Below, piece by piece: positions 11,601 to 26,600 of a stretch of 64,000 nt of DNA. The DNA is taken from NCBI RefSeq assembly GCF_009914755.1, contig NC_060941.1; one strand, given 5' to 3'. This DNA is from the human T2T-CHM13v2.0 reference genome, Homo sapiens. The notes beneath the pieces were generated by a model that worked only from the letters and a program-made list of their open reading frames with translations, did no database searches and was not told the origin of the DNA. The stretch's first letter is position 1. Each line of letters begins with the position of its first letter. The position numbers and the translations under genes were made by a program.

Positions 11601-14600
11601 ACACTATTTGTAGAATGTGCAAGTGGATATTTAGGCCTCTCTGAGGATTTCGTTGGAAACGGGATAAACCGCACAGAACTAAACAGAAGCATTCTCAGAA
11701 CCTTCTTCGTGATGTTTGCATTCAACTCACAGTGTTGAACCTTTCTTTGATAGTTCAGGTTTGAAACGGTCTTTCTGTAGAAACTGCAAGTAGATATTTG
11801 GACCTCTCTGAGGATTTCGTTGGAAACGGGATAACCCGCACAGAACTAAAACAGAAGCATTCTCAGAACCCTCTTCGTGATGTTTGCATTCAACTCACAG
11901 TGCTGAACCTTTCTTTGATAGTTCAGCTTTGAAACACTCTTTTTGTAGAAACTGCAAGTGGATATTTGGTCCTCTCTGAGCATTTCGTTGGAAACGGGAT
12001 AAACTGCACAGAACTAAACAGAAGCATTCTCAGAACCTTCTTCGTGATGTCTGCATTCAACTCACAGTGTGGAACCTTTCTTTGATAGTTCAGGTTTGAA
12101 ACACTCTTTTTGTAGAAACTGCAAGGGGATAATTGCACTCTTTGAGGAGTACCGTAGTAAAGGAAATAACTTCCTATAAAAAGAAGACAGAAGCTTTCTC
12201 AGAAAATTCTTTGGGATGATTGAGTTGAACTCACAGAGCTGAGCATTCCTTGCGATGTAGCAGTTTAGAAACACACTTTCTGCAGAATCTGCAAGTGCAT
12301 ATTTGGACCTCTGTGAGGAATTCGTTGGAAACGGGATAATTTCAGCTGACTAAACAGAAGCAGTCTCAGAATCTTCTTTGTGATGTTTGCATTCAAATCC
12401 CCGAGTTGAACTTTCCTTTCAAAGTTCACGTTTGAAACACTCTTTTTGCAGGATCTACAAGTGGATATTTGGACCACTCTGTGTCCTTCGTTCGAAACGG
12501 GTATATCTTCACATGACATCTAGACAGAAGCATCCTCAGAAGCTTCTCTGTGATGACTGCATTCAACTCACGGAGTTGAACACTCCTTTTGAGAGCGCAG
12601 TTTTGAAACTCTCTTTCTGTGGCATCTGCAAGGGGACATGTAGACCTCTTTGAAGATTTCGTTGGAAACGGAATCATCTTCACATAAAAACTATACAGAT
12701 GCATTCTCAGGAACTTTTTGGTGATGTTTGTATTCAACTCCCAGAGTTGAACTTTCCTTTGGAAAGAGCAGCTATGAAACACTGTTTTTCTAGAATCTGC
12801 AAGTGGACGTTTGGAGGGCTTTGTGGTTTGTGGTGGAAAAGGAAATATCTTCACCTAAATACTAGATAGAAGCATTCTCAGAAACTGCTTTGTGATGATT
12901 GCATTCACCTCACAGAGTTGAACATTCCTATTGATAGAGCAGTTTGGAAACACTCTTGTTGTGGAATGTGCAAGTGGAGATTTTGAGCGCTTTGAGGCCT
13001 ATGGTAGTAAAGGGAATAGCTTCATAGAAAAACTAGACAGAAGCATTCTCAGAAAATACTTTGTGATGATTGAGTTTAACTCACAGAGCTGAACATTCCT
13101 TTGGATGGAGCAGGTTTGAGACACACCTTTTGTAGAATCTACAAGTGGATATTTGGACCTCTCTGAGGATTTCGTTGGAAACGGGATAACTGCACCTAAC
13201 TAAACGGAAGCATTCTCAGAAACTTCTTGGTGATGTTTGCATTCAAATCCCAGAGTTGAACCTTCCTTTGATAGTTCAGGTTTGAAACACTCTTTTTGTA
13301 GGATCTGCAAGTGGATATTTGGACCACTCTGTGGCCTTCGTTCGAAACGGGTATATCTTCGCATAAAATCTAGACAGAAGCCTTCTCAGAAACTTCTCTG
13401 TGATGATTGCATTCAACTCACAGAGTTGAACCCTCCTATGGATAGAGCAGTGTTGAAACTCTCTTTTTGTGGAATCTGCAAGTGGATATGTGGACCTCTC
13501 CGAAGATGTCTTTGGAAACGGGAATATCTTCACATAAAAACTAAACAGAAGCATTCTCAGAAACTTCTCTGTGATGTTTGTGTTCAACTCCCAGAGTTTC
13601 ACATTGCTTTTCATAGAGTAGTTCTGAAACATGCTTTTCGTAGTGTCTACAAGTGGACATTTGGAGCGCTTTCAGGCCTGTGGTGGAAAACGAATTATGG
13701 TCACATAAAAACTGGAGAGAAGCATTGTCAGAAACTTCTTTGTGATGATTGCATTCAACTCACAGAGTTGAAGGTTCCTTTTCAAAGAGCAGTTTCCAAT
13801 CACTCTTTGTGTGGAATCTGCAAGTGGATATTTGGACCTATTTTGAAGATTTCGTTGGAAACGGGAGAATCTTCACAGGAAAGCTAAACAGAAGCATTCT
13901 CAGAAACTTCTTTGTGATGCTTGCATTCAACTCACAGAGTTGAACTTTCCTTTCGAGAGAGAAGCTTTGAAACACTCTTTTTCCAGAATCTGCAAGTGGA
14001 CATTTGGAGGGCTTTGAGGCCTGTGGTGGAAAAGGAATTATCTTCCCGTAAAAGCTAGATAGAAGCATTCTCAGAAACTACTTTGTGATGATTGCATTCA
14101 AGTCACAGAGTTGAACATTCCCTTTGACAGAGCAGTTTGGAAACTCTCTTTGTGTAGAATCTGCAAGTGGAGATATGGACCGCTTTGAGGCCTATGGTAG
14201 TAAAGGAAATAGCTTCATATAAAAGCTAGACAGTAGCATTCACAGAAAACTCTTGGTGACGACTGAGTTTAACTCACAGAGCTGAACATTCCTTTGGATG
14301 GAGCAGTTTCGAAACACACTATTTGTAGAATGTGCAAGTGGATATTTAGGCCTCTCTGAGGATTTCGTTGGAAACGGGATAAACCGCACAGAACTAAACA
14401 GAAGCATTCTCAGAACCTTCTTCGTGATGTTTGCATTCAACTCACAGTGTTGAACCTTTCTTTGATAGTTCAGGTTTGAAACGGTCTTTCTGTAGAAACT
14501 GCAAGTAGATATTTGGACCTCTCTGAGGATTTCGTTGGAAACGGGATAACCCGCACAGAACTAAAACAGAAGCATTCTCAGAACCCTCTTCGTGATGTTT

Positions 14601-17600
14601 GCATTCAACTCACAGTGCTGAACCTTTCTTTGATAGTTCAGCTTTGAAACACTCTTTTTGTAGAAACTGCAAGTGGATATTTGGTCCTCTCTGAGCATTT
14701 CGTTGGAAACGGGATAAACTGCACAGAACTAAACAGAAGCATTCTCAGAACCTTCTTCGTGATGTCTGCATTCAACTCACAGTGTGGAACCTTTCTTTGA
14801 TAGTTCAGGTTTGAAACACTCTTTTTGTAGAAACTGCAAGGGGATAATTGCACTCTTTGAGGAGTACCGTAGTAAAGGAAATAACTTCCTATAAAAAGAA
14901 GACAGAAGCTTTCTCAGAAAATTCTTTGGGATGATTGAGTTGAACTCACAGAGCTGAGCATTCCTTGCGATGTAGCAGTTTAGAAACACACTTTCTGCAG
15001 AATCTGCAAGTGCATATTTGGACCTCTGTGAGGAATTCGTTGGAAACGGGATAATTTCAGCTGACTAAACAGAAGCAGTCTCAGAATCTTCTTTGTGATG
15101 TTTGCATTCAAATCCCCGAGTTGAACTTTCCTTTCAAAGTTCACGTTTGAAACACTCTTTTTGCAGGATCTACAAGTGGATATTTGGACCACTCTGTGTC
15201 CTTCGTTCGAAACGGGTATATCTTCACATGACATCCAGACAGAAGCATCCTCAGAAGCTTCTCTGTGATGACTGCATTCAACTCACGGAGTTGAACACTC
15301 CTTTTGAGAGCGCAGTTTTGAAACTCTCTTTCTGTGGCATCTGCAAGGGGACATGTAGACCTCTTTGAAGATTTCGTTGGAAACGGAATCATCTTCACAT
15401 AAAAACTATACAGATGCATTCTCAGGAACTTTTTGGTGATGTTTGTATTCAACTCCCAGAGTTGAACTTTCCTTTGGAAAGAGCAGCTATGAAACACTCT
15501 TTTTCTAGAATCTGCAAGTGGACGTTTGGAGGGCTTTGTGGTTTGTGGTGGAAAAGGAAATATCTTCACCTAAATACTAGATAGAAGCATTCTCAGAAAC
15601 TGCTTTGTGATGATTGCATTCACCTCACAGAGTTGAACATTCCTATTGATAGAGCAGTTTGGAAACACTCTTGTTGTGGAATGTGCAAGTGGAGATTTGG
15701 AGCGCTTTGAGGCCTATGGTAGTAAAGGGAATAGCTTCATGGAAAAACTAGACGGAAGCATTCTCAGAAAATACTTTGTGATGATTGAGTTTAACTCACA
15801 GAGCTGAACATTCCTTTGGATGGAGCAGGTTTGAGACACACCTTTTGTAGAATCTACAAGTGGATATTTGGACCTCTCTGAGGATTTCGTTGGAAACGGG
15901 ATAACTGCACCTAACTAAACGGAAGCATTCTCAGAAACTTCTTGGTGATGTTTGCATTCAAATCCCAGAGTTGAACCTTCCTTTGATAGTTCAGGTTTGA
16001 AACACTCTTTTTGTAGGATCTGCAAGTGGATATTTGGACCACTCTGTGGCCTTCGTTCGAAACGGGTATATCTTCGCATAAAATCTAGACAGAAGCCTTC
16101 TCAGAAACTTCTCTGTGATGATTGCATTCAACTCACAGAGTTGAACCCTCCTATGGATAGAGCAGTGTTGAAACTCTCTTTTTGTGGAATCTGCAAGTGG
16201 ATATGTGGACCTCTCCGAAGATGTCTTTGGAAACGGGAATATCTTCACATAAAAACTAAACAGAAGCATTCTCAGAAACTTCTCTGTGATGTTTGTGTTC
16301 AACTCCCAGAGTTTCACATTGCTTTTCATAGAGTAGTTCTGAAACATGCTTTTCGTAGTGTCTACAAGTGGACATTTGGAGCGCTTTCAGGCCTGTGGTG
16401 GAAAACGAATTATGGTCACATAAAAACTGGAGAGAAGCATTGTCAGAAACTTCTTTGTGATGATTGCATTCAACTCACAGAGTTGAAGGTTCCTTTTCAA
16501 AGAGCAGTTTCCAATCACTCTTTGTGTGGAATCTGCAAGTGGATATTTGGACCTATTTTGAAGATTTCGTTGGAAACGGGAGAATCTTCACAGGAAAGCT
16601 AAACAGAAGCATTCTCAGAAACTTCTTTGTGATGCTTGCATTCAACTCACAGAGTTGAACTTTCCTTTCGAGAGAGAAGCTTTGAAACACTCTTTTTCCA
16701 GAATCTGCAAGTGGACATTTGGAGGGCTTTGAGGCCTGTGGTGGAAAAGGAATTATCTTCCCGTAAAAGCTAGATAGAAGCATTCTCAGAAACTACTTTG
16801 TGATGATTGCATTCAAGTCACAGAGTTGAACATTCCCTTTGACAGAGCAGTTTGGAAACTCTCTTTGTGTAGAATCTGCAAGTGGAGATATGGACCGCTT
16901 TGAGGCCTATGGTAGTAAAGGAAATAGCTTCATATAAAAGCTAGACAGTAGCATTCACAGAAAACTCTTGGTGACGACTGAGTTTAACTCACAGAGCTGA
17001 ACATTCCTTTGGATGGAGCAGTTTCGAAACACACTATTTGTAGAATGTGCAAGTGGATATTTGGGCCTCTCTGAGGATTTCGTTGGAAACGGGATAAACC
17101 GCACAGAACTAAACAGAAGCATTCTCAGAACCTTCTTCATGATGTTTGCATTCAACTCACAGTGTTGAACCTTTCTTTGATAGTTCAGGTTTGAAACGGT
17201 CTTTCTGTAGAAACTGCAAGTAGATATTTGGACCTCTCTGAGGATTTCGTTGGAAACGGGATAACCCGCACAGAACTAAAACAGAAGCATTCTCAGAACC
17301 CTCTTCGTGATGTTTGCATTCAACTCACAGTGCTGAACCTTTCTTTGATAGTTCAGCTTTGAAACACTCTTTTTGTAGAAACTGCAAGTGGATATTTGGT
17401 CCTCTCTGAGCATTTCGTTGGAAACGGGATAAACTGCACAGAACTAAACAGAAGCATTCTCAGAACCTTCTTCGTGATGTCTGCATTCAACTCACAGTGT
17501 GGAACCTTTCTTTGATAGTTCAGGTTTGAAACACTCTTTTTGTAGAAACTGCAAGGGGATAATTGCACTCTTTGAGGAGTACCGTAGTAAAGGAAATAAC

Positions 17601-20600
17601 TTCCTATAAAAAGAAGACAGAAGCTTTCTCAGAAAATTCTTTGGGATGATTGAGTTGAACTCACAGAGCTGAGCATTCCTTGCGATGTAGCAGTTTAGAA
17701 ACACACTTTCTGCAGAATCTGCAAGTGCATATTTGGACCTCTGTGAGGAATTCGTTGGAAACGGGATAATTTCAGCTGACTAAACAGAAGCAGTCTCAGA
17801 ATCTTCTTTGTGATGTTTGCATTCAAATCCCCGAGTTGAACTTTCCTTTCAAAGTTCACGTTTGAAACACTCTTTTTGCAGGATCTACAAGTGGATATTT
17901 GGACCACTCTGTGTCCTTCGTTCGAAACGGGTATATCTTCACATGACATCTAGACAGAAGCATCCTCAGAAGCTTCTCTGTGATGACTGCATTCAACTCA
18001 CGGAGTTGAACACTCCTTTTGAGAGCGCAGTTTTGAAACTCTCTTTCTGTGGCATCTGCAAGGGGACATGTAGACCTCTTTGAAGATTTCGTTGGAAACG
18101 GAATCATCTTCACATAAAAACTATACAGATGCATTCTCAGGAACTTTTTGGTGATGTTTGTATTCAACTCCCAGAGTTGAACTTTCCTTTGGAAAGAGCA
18201 GCTATGAAACACTCTTTTTCTAGAATCTGCAAGTGGACGTTTGGAGGGCTTTGTGGTTTGTGGTGGAAAAGGAAATATCTTCACCTAAATACTAGATAGA
18301 AGCATTCTCAGAAACTGCTTTGTGATGATTGCATTCACCTCACAGAGTTGAACATTCCTATTGATAGAGCAGTTTGGAAACACTCTTGTTGTGGAATGTG
18401 CAAGTGGAGATTTGGAGCGCTTTGAGGCCTATGGTAGTAAAGGGAATAGCTTCATAGAAAAACTAGACAGAAGCATTCTCAGAAAATACTTTGTGATGAT
18501 TGAGTTTAACTCACAGAGCTGAACATTCCTTTGGATGGAGCAGGTTTGAGACACACCTTTTGTAGAATCTACAAGTGGATATTTGGACCTCTCTGAGGAT
18601 TTCGTTGGAAACGGGATAACTGCACCTAACTAAACGGAAGCATTCTCAGAAACTTCTTGGTGATGTTTGCATTCAAATCCCAGAGTTGAACCTTCCTTTG
18701 ATAGTTCAGGTTTGAAACACTCTTTTTGTAGGATCTGCAAGTGGATATTTGGACCACTCTGTGGCCTTCGTTCGAAACGGGTATATCTTCGCATAAAATC
18801 TAGACAGAAGCCTTCTCAGAAACTTCTCTGTGATGATTGCATTCAACTCACAGAGTTGAACCCTCCTATGGATAGAGCAGTGTTGAAACTCTCTTTTTGT
18901 GGAATCTGCAAGTGGATATGTGGACCTCTCCGAAGATGTCTTTGGAAACGGGAATATCTTCACATAAAAACTAAACAGAAGCATTCTCAGAAACTTCTCT
19001 GTGATGTTTGTGTTCAACTCCCAGAGTTTCACATTGCTTTTCATAGAGTAGTTCTGAAACATGCTTTTCGTAGTGTCTACAAGTGGACATTTGGAGCGCT
19101 TTCAGGCCTGTGGTGGAAAACGAATTATGGTCACATAAAAACTGGAGAGAAGCATTGTCAGAAACTTCTTTGTGATGATTGCATTCAACTCACAGAGTTG
19201 AAGGTTCCTTTTCAAAGAGCAGTTTCCAATCACTCTTTGTGTGGAATCTGCAAGTGGATATTTGGACCTATTTTGAAGATTTCGTTGGAAACGGGAGAAT
19301 CTTCACAGGAAAGCTAAACAGAAGCATTCTCAGAAACTTCTTTGTGATGCTTGCATTCAACTCACAGAGTTGAACTTTCCTTTCGAGAGAGAAGCTTTGA
19401 AACACTCTTTTTCCAGAATCTGCAAGTGGACATTTGGAGGGCTTTGAGGCCTGTGGTGGAAAAGGAATTATCTTCCCGTAAAAGCTAGATAGAAGCATTC
19501 TCAGAAACTACTTTGTGATGATTGCATTCAAGTCACAGAGTTGAACATTCCCTTTGACAGAGCAGTTTGGAAACTCTCTTTGTGTAGAATCTGCAAGTGG
19601 AGATATGGACCGCTTTGAGGCCTATGGTAGTAAAGGAAATAGCTTCATATAAAAGCTAGACAGTAGCATTCACAGAAAACTCTTGGTGACGACTGAGTTT
19701 AACTCACAGAGCTGAACATTCCTTTGGATGGAGCAGTTTCGAAACACACTATTTGTAGAATGTGCAAGTGGATATTTGGGCCTCTCTGAGGATTTCGTTG
19801 GAAACGGGATAAACCGCACAGAACTAAACAGAAGCATTCTCAGAACCTTCTTCGTGATGTTTGCATTCAACTCACAGTGTTGAACCTTTCTTTGATAGTT
19901 CAGGTTTGAAACGGTCTTTCTGTAGAAACTGCAAGTAGATATTTGGACCTCTCTGAGGATTTCGTTGGAAACGGGATAACCCGCACAGAACTAAAACAGA
20001 AGCATTCTCAGAACCCTCTTCGTGATGTTTGCATTCAACTCACAGTGCTGAACCTTTCTTTGATAGTTCAGCTTTGAAACACTCTTTTTGTAGAAACTGC
20101 AAGTGGATATTTGGTCCTCTCTGAGGATTTCGTTGGAAACGGGATAAACTGCACAGAACTAAACAGAAGCATTCTCAGAACCTTCTTCGTGATGTCTGCA
20201 TTCAACTCACAGTGTGGAACCTTTCTTTGATAGTTCAGGTTTGAAACACTCTTTTTGTAGAAACTGCAAGGGGATAATTGCACTCTTTGAGGAGTACCGT
20301 AGTAAAGGAAATAACTTCCTATAAAAAGAAGACAGAAGCTTTCTCAGAAAATTCTTTGGGATGATTGAGTTGAACTCACAGAGCTGAGCATTCTTTGCGA
20401 TGTAGCAGTTTAGAAACACACTTTCTGCAGAATCTGCAAGTGCATATTTGGACCTCTGTGAGGAATTCGTTGGAAACGGGATAATTTCAGCTGACTAAAC
20501 AGAAGCAGTCTCAGAATCTTCTTTGTGATGTTTGCATTCAAATCCCCGAGTTGAACTTTCCTTTCAAAGTTCACGTTTGAAACACTCTTTTTGCAGGATC

Positions 20601-23600
20601 TACAAGTGGATATTTGGACCACTCTGTGTCCTTCGTTCGAAACGGGTATATCTTCACATGACATCTAGACAGAAGCATCCTCAGAAGCTTCTCTGTGATG
20701 ACTGCATTCAACTCACGGAGTTGAACACTCCTTTTGAGAGCGCAGTTTTGAAACTCTCTTTCTGTGGCATCTGCAAGGGGACATGTAGACCTCTTTGAAG
20801 ATTTCGTTGGAAACGGAATCATCTTCACATAAAAACTATACAGATGCATTCTCAGGAACTTTTTGGTGATGTTTGTATTCAACTCCCAGAGTTGAACTTT
20901 CCTTTGGAAAGAGCAGCTATGAAACACTCTTTTTCTAGAATCTGCAAGTGGACGTTTGGAGGGCTTTGTGGTTTGTGGTGGAAAAGGAAATATCTTCACC
21001 TAAATACTAGATAGAAGCATTCTCAGAAACTGCTTTGTGATGATTGCATTCACCTCACAGAGTTGAACATTCCTATTGATAGAGCAGTTTGGAAACACTC
21101 TTGTTGTGGAATGTGCAAGTGGAGATTTGGAGCGCTTTGAGGCCTATGGTAGTAAAGGGAATAGCTTCATAGAAAAACTAGACAGAAGCATTCTCAGAAA
21201 ATACTTTGTGATGATTGAGTTTAACTCACAGAGCTGAACATTCCTTTGGATGGAGCAGGTTTGAGACACACCTTTTGTAGAATCTACAAGTGGATATTTG
21301 GACCTCTCTGAGGATTTCGTTGGAAACGGGATAACTGCACCTAACTAAACGGAAGCATTCTCAGAAACTTCTTGGTGATGTTTGCATTCAAATCCCAGAG
21401 TTGAACCTTCCTTTGATAGTTCAGGTTTGAAACACTCTTTTTGTAGGATCTGCAAGTGGATATTTGGACCACTCTGTGGCCTTCGTTCGAAACGGGTATA
21501 TCTTCGCATAAAATCTAGACAGAAGCCTTCTCAGAAACTTCTCTGTGATGATTGCATTCAACTCACAGAGTTGAACCCTCCTATGGATAGAGCAGTGTTG
21601 AAACTCTCTTTTTGTGGAATCTGCAAGTGGTTATGTGGACCTCTCCGAAGATGTCTTTGGAAACGGGAATATCTTCACATAAAAACTAAACAGAAGCATT
21701 CTCAGAAACTTCTCTGTGATGTTTGTGTTCAACTCCCAGAGTTTCACATTGCTTTTCATAGAGTAGTTCTGAAACATGCTTTTCGTAGTGTCTACAAGTG
21801 GACATTTGGAGCGCTTTCAGGCCTGTGGTGGAAAACGAATTATGGTCACATAAAAACTGGAGAGAAGCATTGTCAGAAACTTCTTTGTGATGATTGCATT
21901 CAACTCACAGAGTTGAAGGTTCCTTTTCAAAGAGCAGTTTCCAATCACTCTTTGTGTGGAATCTGCAAGTGGATATTTGGACCTATTTTGAAGATTTCGT
22001 TGGAAACGGGAGAATCTTCACAGGAAAGCTAAACAGAAGCATTCTCAGAAACTTCTTTGTGATGCTTGCATTCAACTCACAGAGTTGAACTTTCCTTTCG
22101 AGAGAGAAGCTTTGAAACACTCTTTTTCCAGAATCTGCAAGTGGACATTTGGAGGGCTTTGAGGCCTGTGGTGGAAAAGGAATTATCTTCCCGTAAAAGC
22201 TAGATAGAAGCATTCTCAGAAACTACTTTGTGATGATTGCATTCAAGTCACAGAGTTGAACATTCCCTTTGACAGAGCAGTTTGGAAACTCTCTTTGTGT
22301 AGAATCTGCAAGTGGAGATATGGACCGCTTTGAGGCCTATGGTAGTAAAGGAAATAGCTTCATATAAAAGCTAGACAGTAGCATTCACAGAAAACTCTTG
22401 GTGACGACTGAGTTTAACTCACAGAGCTGAACATTCCTTTGGATGGAGCAGTTTCGAAACACACTATTTGTAGAATGTGCAAGTGGATATTTGGGCCTCT
22501 CTGAGGATTTCGTTGGAAACGGGATAAACCGCACAGAACTAAACAGAAGCATTCTCAGAACCTTCTTCGTGATGTTTGCATTCAACTCACAGTGTTGAAC
22601 CTTTCTTTGATAGTTCAGGTTTGAAACGGTCTTTCTGTAGAAACTGCAAGTAGATATTTGGACCTCTCTGAGGATTTCGTTGGAAACGGGATAACCCGCA
22701 CAGAACTAAAACAGAAGCATTCTCAGAACCCTCTTCGTGATGTTTGCATTCAACTCACAGTGCTGAACCTTTCTTTGATAGTTCAGCTTTGAAACACTCT
22801 TTTTGTAGAAACTGCAAGTGGATATTTGGTCCTCTCTGAGGATTTCGTTGGAAACGGGATAAACTGCACAGAACTAAACAGAAGCATTCTCAGAACCTTC
22901 TTCGTGATGTCTGCATTCAACTCACAGTGTGGAACCTTTCTTTGATAGTTCAGGTTTGAAACACTCTTTTTGTAGAAACTGCAAGGGGATAATTGCACTC
23001 TTTGAGGAGTACCGTAGTAAAGGAAATAACTTCCTATAAAAAGAAGACAGAAGCTTTCTCAGAAAATTCTTTGGGATGATTGAGTTGAACTCACAGAGCT
23101 GAGCATTCCTTGCGATGTAGCAGTTTAGAAACACACTTTCTGCAGAATCTGCAAGTGCATATTTGGACCTCTGTGAGGAATTCGTTGGAAACGGGATAAT
23201 TTCAGCTGACTAAACAGAAGCAGTCTCAGAATCTTCTTTGTGATGTTTGCATTCAAATCCCCGAGTTGAACTTTCCTTTCAAAGTTCACGTTTGAAACAC
23301 TCTTTTTGCAGGATCTACAAGTGGATATTTGGACCACTCTGTGTCCTTCGTTCGAAACGGGTATATCTTCACATGACATCCAGACAGAAGCATCCTCAGA
23401 AGCTTCTCTGTGATGACTGCATTCAACTCACGGAGTTGAACACTCCTTTTGAGAGCGCAGTTTTGAAACTCTCTTTCTGTGGCATCTGCAAGGGGACATG
23501 TAGACCTCTTTGAAGATTTCGTTGGAAACGGAATCATCTTCACATAAAAACTATACAGATGCATTCTCAGGAACTTTTTGGTGATGTTTGTATTCAACTC

Positions 23601-26600
23601 CCAGAGTTGAACTTTCCTTTGGAAAGAGCAGCTATGAAACACTCTTTTTCTAGAATCTGCAAGTGGACGTTTGGAGGGCTTTGTGGTTTGTGGTGGAAAA
23701 GGAAATATCTTCACCTAAATACTAGATAGAAGCATTCTCAGAAACTGCTTTGTGATGATTGCATTCACCTCACAGAGTTGAACATTCCTATTGATAGAGC
23801 AGTTTGGAAACACTCTTGTTGTGGAATGTGCAAGTGGAGATTTGGAGCGCTTTGAGGCCTATGGTAGTAAAGGGAATAGCTTCATAGAAAAACTAGACAG
23901 AAGCATTCTCAGAAAATACTTTGTGATGATTGAGTTTAACTCACAGAGCTGAACATTCCTTTGGATGGAGCAGGTTTGAGACACACCTTTTGTAGAATCT
24001 ACAAGTGGATATTTGGACCTCTCTGAGGATTTCGTTTGAAACGGGATAACTGCACCTAACTAAACGGAAGCATTCTCAGAAACTTCTTGGTGATGTTTGC
24101 ATTCAAATCCCAGAGTTGAACCTTCCTTTGATAGTTCAGGTTTGAAACACTCTTTTTGTAGGATCTGCAAGTGGATATTTGGACCACTCTGTGGCCTTCG
24201 TTCGAAACGGGTATATCTTCGCATAAAATCTAGACAGAAGCCTTCTCAGAAACTTCTCTGTGATGATTGCATTCAACTCACAGAGTTGAACCCTCCTATG
24301 GATAGAGCAGTGTTGAAACTCTCTTTTTGTGGAATCTGCAAGTGGATATGTGGACCTCTCCGAAGATGTCTTTGGAAACGGGAATATCTTCACATAAAAA
24401 CTAAACAGAAGCATTCTCAGAAACTTCTCTGTGATGTTTGTGTTCAACTCCCAGAGTTTCACATTGCTTTTCATAGAGTAGTTCTGAAACATGCTTTTCG
24501 TAGTGTCTACAAGTGGACATTTGGAGCGCTTTCAGGCCTGTGGTGGAAAACGAATTATGGTCACATAAAAACTGGAGAGAAGCATTGTCAGAAACTTCTT
24601 TGTGATGATTGCATTCAACTCACAGAGTTGAAGGTTCCTTTTCAAAGAGCAGTTTCCAATCACTCTTTCTGTGGAGTCTGCAAGTGGATATTTGGACCTA
24701 TTTTGAAGATTTCGTTGGAAACGGGAGAATCTTCACAGGAAAGCTAAACAGAAGCATTCTCAGAAACTTCTTTGTGATGCTTGCATTCAACTCACAGAGT
24801 TGAACTTTCCTTTCGAGAGAGAAGCTTTGAAACACTCTTTTTCCAGAATCTGCAAGTGGACATTTGGAGGGCTTTGAGGCCTGTGGTGGAAAAGGAATTA
24901 TCTTCCCGTAAAAGCTAGATAGAAGCATTCTCAGAAACTACTTTGTGATGATTGCATTCAAGTCACAGAGTTGAACATTCCCTTTGACAGAGCAGTTTGG
25001 AAACTCTCTTTGTGTAGAATCTGCAAGTGGAGATATGGACCGCTTTGAGGCCTATGGTAGTAAAGGAAATAGCTTCATATAAAAGCTAGACAGTAGCATT
25101 CACAGAAAACTCTTGGTGACGACTGAGTTTAACTCACAGAGCTGAACATTCCTTTGGATGGAGCAGTTTCGAAACACACTATTTGTAGAATGTGCAAGTG
25201 GATATTTAGGCCTCTCTGAGGATTTCGTTGGAAACGGGATAAACCGCACAGAACTAAACAGAAGCATTCTCAGAACCTTCTTCGTGATGTTTGCATTCAA
25301 CTCACAGTGTTGAACCTTTCTTTGATAGTTCAGGTTTGAAACGGTCTTGCTGTAGAAACTGCAAGTAGATATTTGGACCTCTCTGAGGATTTCGTTGGAA
25401 ACGGGATAACCCGCACAGAACTAAAACAGAAGCATTCTCAGAACCCTCTTCGTGATGTTTGCATTCAACTCACAGTGCTGAACCTTTCTTTGATAGTTCA
25501 GCTTTGAAACACTCTTTTTGTAGAAACTGCAAGTGGATATTTGGTCCTCTCTGAGCATTTCGTTGGAAACGGGATAAACTGCACAGAACTAAACAGAAGC
25601 ATTCTCAGAACCTTCTTCGTGATGTCTGCATTCAACTCACAGTGTGGAACCTTTCTTTGATAGTTCAGGTTTGAAACACTCTTTTTGTAGAAACTGCAAG
25701 GGGATAATTGCACTCTTTGAGGAGTACCGTAGTAAAGGAAATAACTTCCTATAAAAAGAAGACAGAAGCTTTCTCAGAAAATTCTTTGGGATGATTGAGT
25801 TGAACTCACAGAGCTGAGCATTCCTTGCGATGTAGCAGTTTAGAAACACACTTTCTGCAGAATCTGCAAGTGCATATTTGGACCTCTGTGAGGAATTCGT
25901 TGGAAACGGGATAATTTCAGCTGACTAAACAGAAGCAGTCTCAGAATCTTCTTTGTGATGTTTGCATTCAAATCCCCGAGTTGAACTTTCCTTTCAAAGT
26001 TCACGTTTGAAACACTCTTTTTGCAGGATCTACAAGTGGATATTTGGACCACTCTGTGTCCTTCGTTCGAAACGGGTATATCTTCACATGACATCTAGAC
26101 AGAAGCATCCTCAGAAGCTTCTCTGTGATGACTGCATTCAACTCACGGAGTTGAACACTCCTTTTGAGAGCGCAGTTTTGAAACTCTCTTTCTGTGGCAT
26201 CTGCAAGGGGACATGTAGACCTCTTTGAAGATTTCGTTGGAAACGGAATCATCTTCACATAAAAACTATACAGATGCATTCTCAGGAACTTTTTGGTGAT
26301 GTTTGTATTCAACTCCCAGAGTTGAACTTTCCTTTGGAAAGAGCAGCTATGAAACACTCTTTTTCTAGAATCTGCAAGTGGACGTTTGGAGGGCTTTGTG
26401 GTTTGTGGTGGAAAAGGAAATATCTTCACCTAAATACTAGATAGAAGCATTCTCAGAAACTGCTTTGTGATGATTGCATTCACCTCACAGAGTTGAACAT
26501 TCCTATTGATAGAGCAGTTTGGAAACACTCTTGTTGTGGAATGTGCAAGTGGAGATTTGGAGCGCTTTGAGGCCTATGGTAGTAAAGGGAATAGCTTCAT

